Source: Candidatus Aminicenantes bacterium (GTDB taxonomy: Bacteria > Acidobacteriota > Aminicenantia > Aminicenantales > UBA4085). Taken from it: a stretch of 64,000 nt of DNA. Within the stretch, counting starts at the first letter, position 1; each line of letters starts with the position of its first letter. A program made the position numbers and the translations under genes. Shown here piece after piece: positions 1-12,705 of the stretch. The notes under the pieces are model-generated. The model searched no databases and was not told the origin of the DNA. It worked only from the letters and a program-made list of their open reading frames with translations. Location: assembly GCA_003141555.1 (NCBI GenBank), contig PLMN01000009.1, forward strand, positions 103,497-167,496. The letters are read 5' to 3'.

Positions 1-704
1 ATCTGGTCCGTCGTCGACAGGGACCAGACCCGCTCGATGTTGGCCACCTCGCCCTTGGGCCGGTTGGCGTTCGCCGCGGCGAGCGACGCCCGGACATCCT
101 CGAGGCCGAGCCCGGTGCTGTTGAGGGCGACGGGATCGACGTCGACCCGGACGGCGGGCAGCGCGCCGCCGCCGACCGAGACCTGGCCGACGCCGGGGAC
201 CTGGGCCAGCTTCTGCTGGAGGATGGTCGCCGCGAGGTCGTACATCCGCGCCCGCTCGACGATGTCCGAGGACAGGGCGAGGAGGATGACGGGGGCATCC
301 GCCGGGTTCACTTTCCGGTAGCCGGGATTGCTCGGGAGGTTCTTGGGCAGCTGGCCTCGGGCGGCATTGATGGCTGCCTGGACGTCGCGGGCGGCAGCGT
401 CGATGTTGCGGTTGAGGTCGAACTGGATGGTAATGTTCGTCGAGCCCAGCCCGCTTGACGAGGTCATCTCGGTGATGCCGGCGATGCGGCCGAACTGGCG
501 CTCGAGGGGGGTCGCCACGGACGAAGCCATCGTCTCGGGGCTGGCCCCGGGCAGGCCGGCGAACACGCTGATGGTCGGGAACTCGACCTGGGGAAGCGGC
601 GAAACGGGCAGGAAGCGGAAGCCGACCACCCCGGCCAGGGCGATGGCCACGACCATCAGCGTCGTGGCCACCGGCCGGCGGATGAACGGCGCGGAGATGT
701 TCAT
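1..704 (-). CDS. mdtC: RND multidrug efflux permease MdtC-type (5' part; runs off the window start)
   Basis: Manual translation from ATG at 704 gives [45 protein letters not shown], paralogous to the MdtB N-terminus. ATGA overlap with the mdtB stop. Confidence 0.88.
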   Translation of the reverse strand, partial: MNISAPFIRRPVATTLMVVAIALAGVVGFRFLPVSPLPQVEFPTISVFAGLPGASPETMASSVATPLERQFGRIAGITEMTSSSGLGSTNITIQFDLNRNIDAAARDVQAAINAARGQLPKNLPSNPGYRKVNPADAPVILLALSSDIVERARMYDLAATILQQKLAQVPGVGQVSVGGGALPAVRVDVDPVALNSTGLGLEDVRASLAAANANRPKGEVANIERVWSLSTTDQ

Positions 705-3700
705 GCGGCTTCACGCGAGTTGGCGGCTGCCGGCCGGGACCGCTTGCGGCCCGCGACGCGGTGCGACAGGTGGTCGAAGGCGAGGTAGATCACGGGCGTC
801 GTGAAGAGCGTCAGCATCTGGCTGAAGATCAGGCCGCCGACGATGGCAATGCCCAGGGGATGGCGGAGCTCCGAGCCGATCCCGGAACCGACGGCCAGGG
901 GGATCCCGGCGAACAAGGCGGCCATAGTCGTCATCAGGATCGGCCGGAACCGCAGCAGGGCGGCCTGATGGATGGCCTCGAGAGCGGGTTTGCCCTCCTT
1001 GCGCTGGGCATCGAGGGCGAAATCGATCATCATGATGGCGTTCTTCTCGACGATGCCGATAAGGAGGATGATCCCGATCAGGGCAATGACCGAGAAGTCG
1101 ATGCCGAACAGCATCAGGGAGAGCAGGGCCCCGATCCCCGCCGAGGGCAGCGTGGAGAGGATGGTCACCGGGTGGATATAGCTCTCATAGAGCATGCCCA
1201 GGAGGAGATAGACCGTAATGATCGCGGCCAGCAGCAGGAACGGCGTATTGACCAAGGAGTTGCGGAAGGCCTGGGCGGTTCCCTGGAAGCTCCTCTGGAT
1301 GCTCTCCGGAAGGCCGAGCTCGAGCGCCGCCTTGTCGACGGCTTGGACGGCGGCGCCGAGCGAGGAGCCGGGGGCGAGGTTGAAGGAGACGGTGACCACC
1401 GGGAACTGCCCCTGGTGGTTCACGGCCAGCGGGACGTTGGAGAGCTGGACGGTAGTGAACGAGCCGAGGGGCACGGTGCCGCTCGCGCCGGCCTTCAGCC
1501 GGACGTGAGCGAGGTCGTCCGGCTTGGTCTGAAACTCCGGCTGGGTCTCGAGGACGACGCGGTACTGGTTGAGCTCCGTGAACATCGTGGAGACCTGACG
1601 CTGCCCATACGAGTCGTAGAGCGCGTCGTCGAGCATCTGGGGGGTGATGCCGAGCCGGGAGGCGGTCGTCCGGTCGAGGACAAGGCGCGCGTCGAGCCCC
1701 TCGGTCTGCTGGTCGCTGGCCACGTCGCGGAGCTCCGGGACCATCCGGAGCCGGTCTACGAAACGGGGGGCCCAGGCGGCGAGCTCCCGGGAGTCGGGAT
1801 CCTCGAGGGTGTACTGGAACTGCGTGCGGCTGACGCGGTCTTCGACGGTCAGCTCCTGGACGGGCTGCATGAAGAGGGTGATGCCCTCGACGCGGTCGAG
1901 CTCCGGCTGGAGGCGGCGGATGATCTCGCCGACGCCGGCCTTCCGCTTCCCGAGGGGGATGAGGTTGATCTGGATCCGGCCGCTGTTGACCGTGGTGTTG
2001 AGCCCGTCGATGCCGATGAACGAGGAAAGGCTCTCGACGGCGGGGTCCTTGAGGATCACCCGGGCCAGGGCCTGCTGGCGCTCGGCCATGGCCGTGAAGG
2101 ACACGGTCTGCGGAGCCTCGGAAATGCCGAGGATGACGCCCGTGTCCTGGACGGGGAAAAACCCCTTGGGGATGACGATGTAAAGGACGATCGTGAGGAC
2201 CAACGTCCCCACGGCGACGGCCAGCGTCTCCCCGCGGTGGCGGAGCACCCAGGTCAAAATCCGGTCATAGAAAGCGATCACCTTGTCGAAGGCGCGCTGC
2301 GACGTCCGATAAAAGCGGGTCTGCGCCGAAACCGGCTTAAGCCGCAGGAGACGGCTGCACATCATCGGCGTCAGGGTCAGGGAGACGGCCATCGAAATGA
2401 GGATCGTGACCGACAGCGTGACGGCGAATTCCCGGAAGAGGCGCCCGACCACGTCGCCCATGAAGAGGAGCGGGATGAGCACGGCGATCAGCGACACCGT
2501 CAGGGACATGATGGTGAAGCCGATCTGCTCCGAGCCTCGAAGAGCGGCCTCGAGCGGCGGGACCCCCTCCTCGATATAGCGCGTGATGTTCTCGATCATG
2601 ACGATCGCGTCGTCGACGACGAAGCCGGTGGCGATCGTCAGGGCCATCAGGGTCAGGTTGTTCAGGCTGAAGCCGAGGAGGTAGATCACCCCGAACGTGC
2701 CGACGAGGGAGAGGGGCACGGCGACGCTGGGGATCACGGTCCCGGCGGCCGTCCGGAGGAAGAGGAAGATGACCATGACCACGAGGGCGATGGTCAGCAT
2801 GAGCTCGAACTCGACGTCCCGGACCGAAGCCCGGATCGTCGTCGTCCGGTCGGTCAGGATCGACACCTTCACCGCCGCGGGCAGCGACGCCCGGAGCTGG
2901 GGCAGCAGCTGCTTGATCCGATCGACGACGGCGATGATGTTGGCCCCGGGCTGGCGCTGGATGTTGACGATGACGGCCGGCACCTGGTTCATCCAAGCGG
3001 CCAGCTTCACGTTCTCGGGAGCGTCGATGACCCGGGCGATGTCGGACAGGCGGACCGGCGCCCCGTTGCGGTAGGCGACGACGATCGGGCTATAGTCGGC
3101 GCTCGTCAGGAGCTGGTCGTTCGCCCAGATCGAATAGGCCTGTTGGCGGCCGTCGAACGAGCCCTTGGCCTGGTTGACATTGGCCGTGACGATGGCGCTC
3201 CTGACGTCTTCCATGTTGAGCCCGAGCGCGGAGAGGGCGACGGGGTTCACCTGGACGCGGACGGCCGGCTTCTGCCCGCCGCTGATGCTGACCAGGCCGA
3301 CGCCCGGCAGCTGCGAGATCTTCTGGGCGAAGCGGGTATCGGCGTAGTCCTCGACCTTGGACAAGGCCATCGAATCCGACGTCAGGGCCAGGGTCAGGAT
3401 CGGCGCGTCGGCGGGGTTGATCTTGCTGTAAATCGGGGGATTGGGCAGGTCGCGGGGGAGGTAGGTCCCCGAGGCGTTGATCGCCGCCTGGACTTCCTGC
3501 TCGGCGACGTCGATGTTCAGGTCGAGGACGAACTGGAGCGTCACGAGCGAGCTCCCCGAGGAGCTAGCCGACGTCATCTGATTCAGGCCCGGCATCTGTC
3601 CGAACTGGCGCTCGAGCGGCGCCGTGACGGCCGAGGCCATGACATCGGGGCTGGCCCCGGGATAGAAGGTCACGACCTGGATCGTGGGATAATCCACCTG

Positions 3701-3814
3701 GGGCAGGGCCGAGACCGGCAGCTGGCGGAACCCGATCGCGCCGGCGATCAGCAGCCCGACCATGAGCAGGGACGTGGCGATCGGCCGCTGGATGAAGGGC
3801 CGCGAGGGGTTCAT
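701..3814 (-). CDS. mdtB: RND multidrug efflux permease MdtB/MuxB
   Basis: 1037 aa; [43 protein letters not shown] and RFRPILMTT motifs. Confidence 0.93.
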   Translation of the reverse strand: MNPSRPFIQRPIATSLLMVGLLIAGAIGFRQLPVSALPQVDYPTIQVVTFYPGASPDVMASAVTAPLERQFGQMPGLNQMTSASSSGSSLVTLQFVLDLNIDVAEQEVQAAINASGTYLPRDLPNPPIYSKINPADAPILTLALTSDSMALSKVEDYADTRFAQKISQLPGVGLVSISGGQKPAVRVQVNPVALSALGLNMEDVRSAIVTANVNQAKGSFDGRQQAYSIWANDQLLTSADYSPIVVAYRNGAPVRLSDIARVIDAPENVKLAAWMNQVPAVIVNIQRQPGANIIAVVDRIKQLLPQLRASLPAAVKVSILTDRTTTIRASVRDVEFELMLTIALVVMVIFLFLRTAAGTVIPSVAVPLSLVGTFGVIYLLGFSLNNLTLMALTIATGFVVDDAIVMIENITRYIEEGVPPLEAALRGSEQIGFTIMSLTVSLIAVLIPLLFMGDVVGRLFREFAVTLSVTILISMAVSLTLTPMMCSRLLRLKPVSAQTRFYRTSQRAFDKVIAFYDRILTWVLRHRGETLAVAVGTLVLTIVLYIVIPKGFFPVQDTGVILGISEAPQTVSFTAMAERQQALARVILKDPAVESLSSFIGIDGLNTTVNSGRIQINLIPLGKRKAGVGEIIRRLQPELDRVEGITLFMQPVQELTVEDRVSRTQFQYTLEDPDSRELAAWAPRFVDRLRMVPELRDVASDQQTEGLDARLVLDRTTASRLGITPQMLDDALYDSYGQRQVSTMFTELNQYRVVLETQPEFQTKPDDLAHVRLKAGASGTVPLGSFTTVQLSNVPLAVNHQGQFPVVTVSFNLAPGSSLGAAVQAVDKAALELGLPESIQRSFQGTAQAFRNSLVNTPFLLLAAIITVYLLLGMLYESYIHPVTILSTLPSAGIGALLSLMLFGIDFSVIALIGIILLIGIVEKNAIMMIDFALDAQRKEGKPALEAIHQAALLRFRPILMTTMAALFAGIPLAVGSGIGSELRHPLGIAIVGGLIFSQMLTLFTTPVIYLAFDHLSHRVAGRKRSRPAAANSREAA

Positions 3815-5067
3815 GAGGAGCGCTTCCGGGTTCCGCTTCCGGTGGGATTGTCCTCCCCGGCCATGGTAACCCGGGTGCCGGCCTGAAGCTTGTCGACGCC
3901 GTCGACGACGACGATCTCTCCGGGAGAGAGGCCCTGGCGGATCGCGGAATCGTCGCCCTGAGTCAGCTGGACGTCGACGTTCCGGATCTCCACGGTCTGG
4001 TCCGGCTTGACGACGAAGACATAGGTCGACTGGGGGCTGCGCTGGAGCGCGGCGGTCGGGATGACGACCGCGTGGCGCAGGGTGTCCACGAGCAGCTTGG
4101 CGCTGATGGGCTGATTGGCGAAGAGGGCGAAATCGGTATTAAGGAACAGGGCTTTGATCCGGATGGTGAACGTGCCCGGGTCGATTTGGTTGTCGAGGGC
4201 CAGCACGGAGCCATCGGCGAGCTTGTGGGTGAGGTCCGTATCCCAGGCTTCGACCGCGAGCTTGGTCCCGGCCCGCAGGGGAGGCAGGATCTTGGAAAGA
4301 GAGCTGGCGACGAGGGTGAAGACGGCCGTAATCGGCTGCTGCTGGGTGATGACGAGGAGGCCGGTGGCGTCGCTGGCATGGACGATGTTCCCGAGATCGA
4401 CCAGCCTGAGCCCGACGATGCCAGGGATGGGCGCCGTGATGCGGCTGTAAGTGAGGCTGAGCTTGGCGCTGTCGACCTGGGCCTGATCGCTCTTGATGGC
4501 CGCCTCATACTGGGTTACGACGACCGCCTGGGTATCGAGCTGTTGGCGGGCGATCGAGTCGTCCTTGATCAGCGCCTCATAGCGCTTCAAGTCGACCTTG
4601 GCGTTAGCCAGGCCCGCCTGGTCTTTGGCCATCTGCCCTTCGGCCTGGTGGAGAAGGACCTCGAAAGGCCGGGGATCGATTTCCACCAAGAGGTCGCCTT
4701 CGCGGACGGATTGCCCTTCCCGAAAGGCGACGTTGACGATCTGGCCGTCCACCCGGGTCCGGATGGTGACCGTCTTGAGCGGGATCACCGAGCCCAGCCC
4801 GGTGAGGTAGACCGGGAAGTCCACGCTCCGCGCGGCGGCCCCGATGACCGGAACGGCGCGCGCGGCAGCTCCGGGCGCAGCCCCTCGGCCGCGCGGCGCT
4901 TGGGCGAAGACGGATCTCAGGCCGAAGAGCGACGCCCAGACAAAAAGGGCGGCCAAGCTCCAGAGCCAAAGCCGCGGGCGGCGGCGCAGCCCGGCCTGCG
5001 GTCTTCGGCCGCCCTTCGAGATTTCAACCTGACGGCCGTCCGGTGAGTCATTTGTTTCGAAATCCAT
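3811..5067 (-). CDS. mdtA: RND efflux periplasmic adaptor MdtA/MuxA
   Basis: N-terminal TM segment, lipoyl-like [22 protein letters not shown], alpha-hairpin, ITAPI.G.VGLR.VD.GN; overlaps the mdtB start. Confidence 0.92.
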   Translation of the reverse strand: MDFETNDSPDGRQVEISKGGRRPQAGLRRRPRLWLWSLAALFVWASLFGLRSVFAQAPRGRGAAPGAAARAVPVIGAAARSVDFPVYLTGLGSVIPLKTVTIRTRVDGQIVNVAFREGQSVREGDLLVEIDPRPFEVLLHQAEGQMAKDQAGLANAKVDLKRYEALIKDDSIARQQLDTQAVVVTQYEAAIKSDQAQVDSAKLSLTYSRITAPIPGIVGLRLVDLGNIVHASDATGLLVITQQQPITAVFTLVASSLSKILPPLRAGTKLAVEAWDTDLTHKLADGSVLALDNQIDPGTFTIRIKALFLNTDFALFANQPISAKLLVDTLRHAVVIPTAALQRSPQSTYVFVVKPDQTVEIRNVDVQLTQGDDSAIRQGLSPGEIVVVDGVDKLQAGTRVTMAGEDNPTGSGTRKRSS

Positions 5068-5341
5068 GGATTATCCCTCCAAGCGATTCCCCGTCGCAGT
5101 CCGGGTGCTCTTTCTTGCGTAGGCTCTCAATATTCAATGACATGATAAGGTTTCGATTATAGGATTTTTGGCAAATATACTCCACCACAAAAATATTAGA
5201 CATCTGATAAGCCGGGATATTAGCGAGAAATTATAAAAATTATGAGACGGCCAAGTTGTTGAATTCATATGGCCTAACAAGGCCAATCTTTATTTCAGCG
5301 TTGAAAAAGCCGCGAGAAGATGTGAAAATACATAGCCGGTC

Positions 5342-5371
5342 TTGACATCCCCGCAAATCGGGCCATATGAT
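5342..5371 (+). promoter_or_regulatory. sigma70-like promoter for the beta-helix gene
   Basis: TTGACA-N18-TATGAT, 24 nt upstream of the TTG start at 5396. Confidence 0.55.
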
Positions 5372-5395
5372 CCGAGACGATAACAGAGGGCAGAA

Positions 5396-7360
5396 TTGGC
5401 AATAATAATTTCATGGAGCCGACGGATCCCGCTCATCCTTCTCCTCTCTGGATTTGTCGTTATCACCGGAAGCTTGTCATCCGGCCAGGGCGGCAGACCG
5501 GGGATGCTGCTCCCGGACGGACGGGAGTTCATATCCTGGGAGCGGCCGCTCCAGTTCGCCAAAACTTATTACGTCGACAATCGGAATGCGCGCGCGGCCG
5601 ATTCGAATGCCGGGACTCAAGAATCGCCCTTCCTCACCATCAACAAGGCCGCCCAGGTCCTCCAGCCCGGCGAGCGCGTGATCATCATGACGGGGATCTA
5701 TCGCGAGCGCGTCGACCCGGCGCGCGGAGGGGCCGGCCCCGACACGATGATCAGCTACGAAGCGGAACCCGGGGCGGACATCGTCGTCAAGGGCTCGCGA
5801 CTGGTCAAAACCGGCTGGCACCCCTCGACGGGGTTCAAGCTCGACCTGCCGGCACCGGCTCAAGTCCCGGTGAAGATCTACGAGCGCCGCTTGGACGACC
5901 TCGATTTCCAGGGCTACAACCCCTTCGGCATGGCCAGCATCATGCAGGACCGTGTCTACTTGATGCCCAAGCCGGAAGAGCTGTGGCGGCATCTCGTGCG
6001 CCGGGGCATGGTCTTCGTGGACGGACGGCGCCTCGCCCAGGTGGAGCTCTACCGGGATCTGGGCGCGAAGGACGGCGCCTTCTGGTGCGAGCACGACGGG
6101 CTCGCGATCCACGTCCGCCTGCCCGGCGACGCGGATCCGGCTCAGCGCGAAGTGGAGCTCGCGATCCAGGAGCAGGTGTTCGCGCCCCGGACGCGGGGTC
6201 TCGCCTACATCCGGATCAAGGGGATCACGTTCGAACACGCGGCCAACGGCTTCCCGGTGCCGCAGCGCGGCTTGATGTCGCTCAACCGGGGCCACCATTG
6301 GATCGTCGAGGACTGCGTCCTGCGGCACGCCAACGGCGTGGCGCTCGACCTCGGCGCCCAGGATTGGGACATGGAACGGCCCGCGATGGTCGGCTACGCG
6401 CTCATACGTCGCAATCGCATCGACGATGCCGGCGTGTGCGGGATCGCCGGGATGGCGGTCCAGGACACCCTGATCGACTCCAACCTGATCGAGCATGTGG
6501 GCGACCGGGACGTGGAGCTGGCCTGGGAGACGGGCGGGATCAAGCTGCACGCGGCGAAGGGCTGCCTGATCCGGCACAACGTCATCCGGCATACGATCCA
6601 CGCGGAGGCGATCTGGCTCGACTACGAGAACGCGAACACCCGCATCACCGGCAACGTCATGGGCGATAATCTCGAGACGCTCCGGGGCGGGATCTACCTC
6701 GAGGCCTCCCACGAGCCCAACATGATCGACGACAACATCATCTGGAAGGCGACCGCGGGCGCGGGAGGCGGTTCCTACAACATGCCGGGCCACGGGGGCT
6801 GGGGCATCACGGTGGACGGCAGCGACGAGACGGTCATCGCCCACAACCTGATCGGCGAGACCCAGGACGCGGCGATCAAGTTCCGCCACGTCGAGGACCG
6901 GATCGTGAGCGGCCGCGGCGGCACGACGCGCCGCAACAAGGTCCTGAACAACATCTTCTACCGCTGCGGCAAGGCGATCGATTTCTGTAACGTCGACAAT
7001 ACCGCCGACGGCAACCTCTATACGAAAGATTGGGGCGGCGTCAGCGAAGAAACTCAGTCCGTGGGCCGAGGCTTGAACTGGCTCCCCGACTCGGGCACGA
7101 CGCTGCGCCTCGATCTCGATTCGTGGAGAAAATTCTTCGGCTTCGACAAGAACGGCGCCTACGCCGATATGGCCATCGCCGTCGATCTCGACGCGCTGAC
7201 CATGACCTGGTCGATCAAAGGCGCCGGTCCGCAGGCGCCGCTCGGGGCGCCCTTCCAACATGATCTCCTCGGCCAGGCTGCGGACAAGGCCCGCCTGCCC
7301 GGTCCACTGGTCCGCGTGCCGGAGGCGCCGACCACGGTGAGCATCGATCCCCGGCGCTAA
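5396..7360 (+). CDS. Secreted right-handed beta-helix protein with DUF1565-like N-terminus, GH120 beta-xylosidase-like
   Basis: Signal-like N-terminus; YYVD..N..A.D.N.GT.E.PF.TI.KAA..L.PG..V.I..G.YRE; WETGGIKLH and IWLD motifs; Asn-ladder repeats. Confidence 0.7.
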   Translation: MAIIISWSRRIPLILLLSGFVVITGSLSSGQGGRPGMLLPDGREFISWERPLQFAKTYYVDNRNARAADSNAGTQESPFLTINKAAQVLQPGERVIIMTGIYRERVDPARGGAGPDTMISYEAEPGADIVVKGSRLVKTGWHPSTGFKLDLPAPAQVPVKIYERRLDDLDFQGYNPFGMASIMQDRVYLMPKPEELWRHLVRRGMVFVDGRRLAQVELYRDLGAKDGAFWCEHDGLAIHVRLPGDADPAQREVELAIQEQVFAPRTRGLAYIRIKGITFEHAANGFPVPQRGLMSLNRGHHWIVEDCVLRHANGVALDLGAQDWDMERPAMVGYALIRRNRIDDAGVCGIAGMAVQDTLIDSNLIEHVGDRDVELAWETGGIKLHAAKGCLIRHNVIRHTIHAEAIWLDYENANTRITGNVMGDNLETLRGGIYLEASHEPNMIDDNIIWKATAGAGGGSYNMPGHGGWGITVDGSDETVIAHNLIGETQDAAIKFRHVEDRIVSGRGGTTRRNKVLNNIFYRCGKAIDFCNVDNTADGNLYTKDWGGVSEETQSVGRGLNWLPDSGTTLRLDLDSWRKFFGFDKNGAYADMAIAVDLDALTMTWSIKGAGPQAPLGAPFQHDLLGQAADKARLPGPLVRVPEAPTTVSIDPRR

Positions 7361-7379
7361 ACATAAGGAGGATATACTC

Positions 7380-7694
7380 ATGGCCTTCAAAGCACTCTTT
7401 CTCGCCCATGCTCCGGACGGGGACCCATCGAAGTACCACTGTTTCATCGACACCGGGAAATACCAGCTGGACGTGGTGATCGTCAAGAACCAGGCTGAGG
7501 CCCTCGAGGTCAGCAAGCGCCTGTTCGCGGAGAAGAAGATCGACTCCATTCTCCTCTGTCCGGGATTCACCCATGAAAACATTGCCGAGCTCGTCCGCGC
7601 CACGGATCACAAGGTCGCGGTCTGCGTGTCCCGGGGCGACGGCCCGGGCAATGGGATCTCGCAGGCAGCCCTGAAGCAGGCGGGTTTTTTCTAA
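7380..7694 (+). CDS. Small conserved hypothetical protein (DUF6506-like)
   Basis: Strong SD AAGGAGGA; I.LCPGF motif. Confidence 0.65.
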   Translation: MAFKALFLAHAPDGDPSKYHCFIDTGKYQLDVVIVKNQAEALEVSKRLFAEKKIDSILLCPGFTHENIAELVRATDHKVAVCVSRGDGPGNGISQAALKQAGFF

Positions 7695-7746
7695 ATCGAC
7701 GGCACTTTTTAAAGAGCGCGGCCTCGCCGGCCGTTGCTCTCCTTCT

Positions 7747-9900
7747 CTACCGGACGACCCGGATATCGATCAGGCTGCCGACCCGGCCGTTCGGCTCGGA
7801 CTGGAATTTCACCGTGACGCGCTGCTTGCCCTCATAGAATCCCTGGTTGGAATTCTGCCCCTGGAAATTGTGCTCCTTTTCGCTCGGCGCGCTGTTGAGG
7901 TCGACCACGTCCACCGTCCGTTGGAACAGCTCGATCTGATGAATTTTCCGCTCCGTATCCTTGAGCACGCCCTGGCGCCACTCCGCCGCCGATTGGACAT
8001 TCCAATAGACCGTGTAGCGTTGGTCGAACGCCTTGTTCAAGGGAATCAGACGGACGTCCTGGGGCTGGGCGAGCTCGCTTGTCTGGAACGTGAGCGGCGC
8101 GCCCTGCTCCGGCGCGGCTTTGATGTGGGACAACACGTCCTTGACCTCGCCGATGAAGACGGGGACGGCGACCGAAGGGATCCGGTTCATCGGCGGCGCA
8201 TTCGGCCCATACCTCAGCGCCTCGGTCAGGCCCTCGCGGCCGAGGTCGCCGGCGAGCACGATCGGGCCATAGAGGACCGCGACCATCTTCGGATTGTCGG
8301 GCATGGCTTCGAGCCTCAAGCCCATCGGCCAGCGGACAAGGACCGTGTCGCCGCTCTTCCATTCCCGCTCGATCGAAGCATAGGATCCCGGCTTGGCGTT
8401 CACCGGCTCGATCTTCCCGTTGATCGTCACCGCCATGCCAGCCGCGAGCCAGGACGGGCACCGGATCTTCAACGCCAGCCGAACGGGATTTTGGGCCTTG
8501 ATCGACAACCGCGACGTGTCCTCGTCGGGGAACTTCGTCTCCTGGCGAACCACGAGCCCTTTCCCCTTCCAGGTCAGCTCGGAGGCGATGAAGAGGTTGA
8601 CGTAAAGGGAGGCGTCGTCGTGGAAGTAGACGGTGTCGGCGTACTTGGCGTGATTCTCCATGCCCGTGCCCACGCAGCACCAGAAGGATGCGTCCGGAGT
8701 CGAATACGTCTTCCATGCGCCCGGCCGGAGCGGGAGATAATAGCAGACCATCCCCGTCGCGGGGTCCTGGGAGGCAAGGATGTGGTTGAACAGGCCCCGC
8801 TCATAGAAATCCATCTTCTCGGCGGACGGCTCCAGGCCGAAGAGCTGGCGGGTCAGCTTGAGCATGTTGTAGGTATTGCACGTCTCGGTACTGGACGGGC
8901 CGAGATTCCGGGAGAAAGCGTCGATCGGGAAAAAGCTCTCGCCGTTCGTGTTCCCGCCGGTGACGAACGAGCGGTGGAGGGCGACCCGGTCCCAGAAGAA
9001 GGAGGCAATATCCAGGTACCGCTTGTCGCCGGTCAGCTGGTATTCGCGGAAGGCGCCGACGACCTTGGGAAACTGCGTGTTCCCGTGCAGGCCGTCGAGC
9101 TTGTCCACGCCGGCGGCCCATTGGTCGAACAGCTTCTTGTGGTTGAACTTGAAGGCCGTCTTCAGGAGATCCTCGTTTCCGGTTACGGCATAGAGATTGG
9201 CCAAGACCTCGTTCATGCCGCCGTGCTCGGTTTCGAGGGCGGCCTGCTGCTGCTCGTCAGTCAGCCGGTCCACGCGAAACTTGACCCAGGCGGCCATCTT
9301 GGTCACGACGTCCAGGGCCTGGGTGTTGCCGCAATGGAGAGACATGTCCAGGAGTCCGGCCATGATCTTGTGGAGGGTGTAATACGGCGCCCAGACCTGG
9401 ACGCGCTTGTCGACGCGGTCGAAGAACTCCTCCGGATACGCCGATAGGAATCCTTTATTGAAGCCCTTGGCCGGCATGGCCTCCTGGACCTTGGCCAGCT
9501 CGGCGACGATCAGGTCGCCCCGGGCCTTGAACCGAGCGTCGCCGGTCGCGGAGGACATCAGAGCCAAGGCCGTCAAGTAATGCCCGACGGTGTGGCCCCG
9601 CAGCTCCCCTTTCGGGTCTTCCCATCCGCCCAGGGGCTTGGCCGTCGAGGGCAGGCCCGCGGTCACCCGGAAGTTGTGGAGCAGCCGGTCCGCGTCGAGG
9701 CCGAGCAGGTATTTCTGATCGCGGAGCATGGCCTCCCGGAACGGCCCGTCAAGCAGGCGCACGTCCTCGAGCTCGAAGGGGAGAGCCTTGGACGGCACCT
9801 TGTCCGGGACCTTGATCTTGGCGCTTTGCGGCGCCGCGCTCAGTCTCGAAAACGCGCCGAGGACGGCCAGGACGAGGGCGATCAGAGTGTTTTTTTTCAT
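7747..9900 (-). CDS. Secreted GH127/GH146-type beta-L-arabinofuranosidase with shortened C-terminal domain
   Basis: Signal peptide; GGWE..ELRGH..GHYL, WAPYYTLHK, EHGGMNE, ETCNTYNMLKLT and FWCCVGTGME motifs; SD AGGAGG. Confidence 0.88.
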   Translation of the reverse strand: MKKNTLIALVLAVLGAFSRLSAAPQSAKIKVPDKVPSKALPFELEDVRLLDGPFREAMLRDQKYLLGLDADRLLHNFRVTAGLPSTAKPLGGWEDPKGELRGHTVGHYLTALALMSSATGDARFKARGDLIVAELAKVQEAMPAKGFNKGFLSAYPEEFFDRVDKRVQVWAPYYTLHKIMAGLLDMSLHCGNTQALDVVTKMAAWVKFRVDRLTDEQQQAALETEHGGMNEVLANLYAVTGNEDLLKTAFKFNHKKLFDQWAAGVDKLDGLHGNTQFPKVVGAFREYQLTGDKRYLDIASFFWDRVALHRSFVTGGNTNGESFFPIDAFSRNLGPSSTETCNTYNMLKLTRQLFGLEPSAEKMDFYERGLFNHILASQDPATGMVCYYLPLRPGAWKTYSTPDASFWCCVGTGMENHAKYADTVYFHDDASLYVNLFIASELTWKGKGLVVRQETKFPDEDTSRLSIKAQNPVRLALKIRCPSWLAAGMAVTINGKIEPVNAKPGSYASIEREWKSGDTVLVRWPMGLRLEAMPDNPKMVAVLYGPIVLAGDLGREGLTEALRYGPNAPPMNRIPSVAVPVFIGEVKDVLSHIKAAPEQGAPLTFQTSELAQPQDVRLIPLNKAFDQRYTVYWNVQSAAEWRQGVLKDTERKIHQIELFQRTVDVVDLNSAPSEKEHNFQGQNSNQGFYEGKQRVTVKFQSEPNGRVGSLIDIRVVR

Positions 9901-10001
9901 GGGCGGCCTCCTCCTGGAACTTCCGAGACCCTCATGCTACACTACAGGCGGGGTAAGTCAAGGTGGAAGGCGCCGCCTTCCCGCCCTTGGAAAAACAGAA
10001 T

Positions 10002-10044
10002 CCTGACACAATCTCCATTCAATCTTGACCTGGCCCGATATAAT
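10002..10044 (+). promoter_or_regulatory. Direct-repeat operator/promoter copy 1 (upstream of the histidine kinase)
   Basis: CCTGAC (10002) and CTTGAC (10024) 22 bp apart, then TATAAT at 10039. Confidence 0.6.
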
Positions 10045-10076
10045 CTTGGGAATCAACGCCGCCGGCAAGGCAACCC

Positions 10077-12007
10077 ATGAGATTAGCTGATTGGCTCCAC
10101 CCGCCCGGACGCCTCCTGGTGGTCTTTCTCTGCCTCATGGTCGTCCTCGGCGGCGCCTTGGGCTGGCTCGGCTGGCAATGGCTGAAGCAGGACCGCGCGC
10201 TCGAAGGGCAGCGCTTGCAGGAGCGCCTGGAGCAGACGGCCGACCAGATCGCCGCGGCGCTTCAGCTCAGCCTCGCCGATCTGGAAAGCTATCAGAGCTT
10301 CGTCCCGAGCCCCGGCACGAAGGAGCCGCCGGACGGGGTCATCGTCTTCCAAGCGACGAAATCCTCCGCCCGAGCTTTTCCCCCCGCCAGCCTTCTCTTC
10401 TATCCCCTGATCACGGACGTCGGAGAGCCGCCGGCGACGACCTTCGCCGCCGGGGAAAGCCTGGAATTTCAAGGCAATGATTCGGTCCGGGCGGCCGAGG
10501 TCTTCCGCTCCCTCGCCCGTTCCCCGGATCCGGGCGTGCGGGCCGGCGCCCTGCTGCGCTTGGGGCGAAACCTCCGCAAGATCGGCCGCAGCCAAGACGC
10601 CCTCCAGGCTTACGACGAGCTCGCCAAGCTCGGACAGACCTCCGTCCACGGACTGCCGGCGGAGCTGATGGCCCGGGAATCGCGCGGCACCGTGCTGGAA
10701 GCGATCGGGAACCGCGAAGAGCTGCGGAAGGAAGCGTCCCTCATGCATGCGGCCCTCTGGAGCGGCCGGTGGAGCCTGCTCCAGCCCGCATGGGAGTATT
10801 ATCGAGACGAGGCCCGACGCTGGCTGGGGACCGTTCTTCTGACGGAGCGCGAACAAAACGCGCTGGCCCTTTCGACCGCCGCGGAATCGCTCTTCCGCCA
10901 ATGGGTTGCCGAGCCGGAATCGAAAGGGCGCCGGATCCAGAAATTTGAAGATCGGCCGGTCCTGATCTCCTGGTCGGGAACGACGGACCGGCTCGTCGCC
11001 GTATTGGCCGGGCCCAGCTACCTCGAGTCGACGTGGACGGAGACCTTGCAGGGCCGGCGCGCACGGGGCGCCGTGCTCGACGCAGACGGGCAGGTCATGC
11101 TCGGATCAATCAATAAAAGCGGTCCGCAGGCGGTCCGGACGGCGGCGGCTACCCGACTCCCCGGGACTCTGCAAATCGCGCGGGCCGATACCGGCGCCGA
11201 CGAAGAAGGCGCGGCCGGGCGTCGCCGCCTTCTCTTCGCGGGATTCGCCGTTTTAGCCCTGACGCTCGTGGCCGGCTCCTATTTCATCATGCGCTCCATC
11301 AACCGCGAGCGGGCCGTAGCCAGGCTAAAGTCCGAGTTCGTATCGGCGGTGTCGCACGAATTCCGGACCCCGCTCACCTCGCTCCGCCAGCTTTCGGAGA
11401 TGCTCGCGAAAGGACGGGTCCCAACGGAGGACCTGAAGCAGAAGTCCTACGACATTCTATCCCACGAAAGTGAGCGGCTGCAGAGGCTCGTCGAGTCGCT
11501 GCTCGATTTCGGCCGCCTCGAGGCGCGCGCGTACCGCTACAGCTTCGATGACATCGATCCCGTCGCGTTGGTCCGCGACCTGGTTGCCGAATTTCAGGAG
11601 AAGGCCGCGGTCAAGGGCTTCCGCATCGAGATGAAGCTCGACGGGGAGTACGCGCTGATCCGGGCCGATCGGGATGCGCTCAGCCTGGCGCTGAGAAACC
11701 TGCTCGACAATGCGGTCAAGTATTCGCCGGACTGCCGCACCGTCTGGGTCGAGATGGCGCGCGAGGAAAGCCGCCTGGTCATCAGGGTCCGGGACCAGGG
11801 CATGGGCATTCCGGCATCCGAGCAGAAGGATATCTTCAAGGAATTCGTCCGCGGCACCGGCTCCCGGGCGGCCCACATCCAAGGGACCGGCATCGGCCTA
11901 GCCATGGCCCGCCAAATCGTCGAGGCTCATGGCGGAGAGATCCGCCTGGCGAGCGAACCCGGCAAAGGCAGCACGTTCAGCATCCTGCTGCCCATGGAGG
12001 AAAAGGC

Positions 12008-12011
<4 letters not shown>
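10077..12011 (+). CDS. Membrane sensor histidine kinase with TPR-like extracytoplasmic domain
   Basis: Two TM segments; H-box SHEFRTPL, N-box NLLDNAVKYS, D.G.GI and GTGIGL G-boxes. Confidence 0.93.
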
Positions 12012-12682
<671 letters not shown>

Positions 12683-12705
12683 CATGAGCTCGGGAAGGAC
12701 GCCGC

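Noticed and set aside
761-3886. 1041-aa plus-strand ORF opposite mdtB
   Set aside because: Antisense shadow of a high-GC gene; no motifs, and the minus strand is a clear RND permease.
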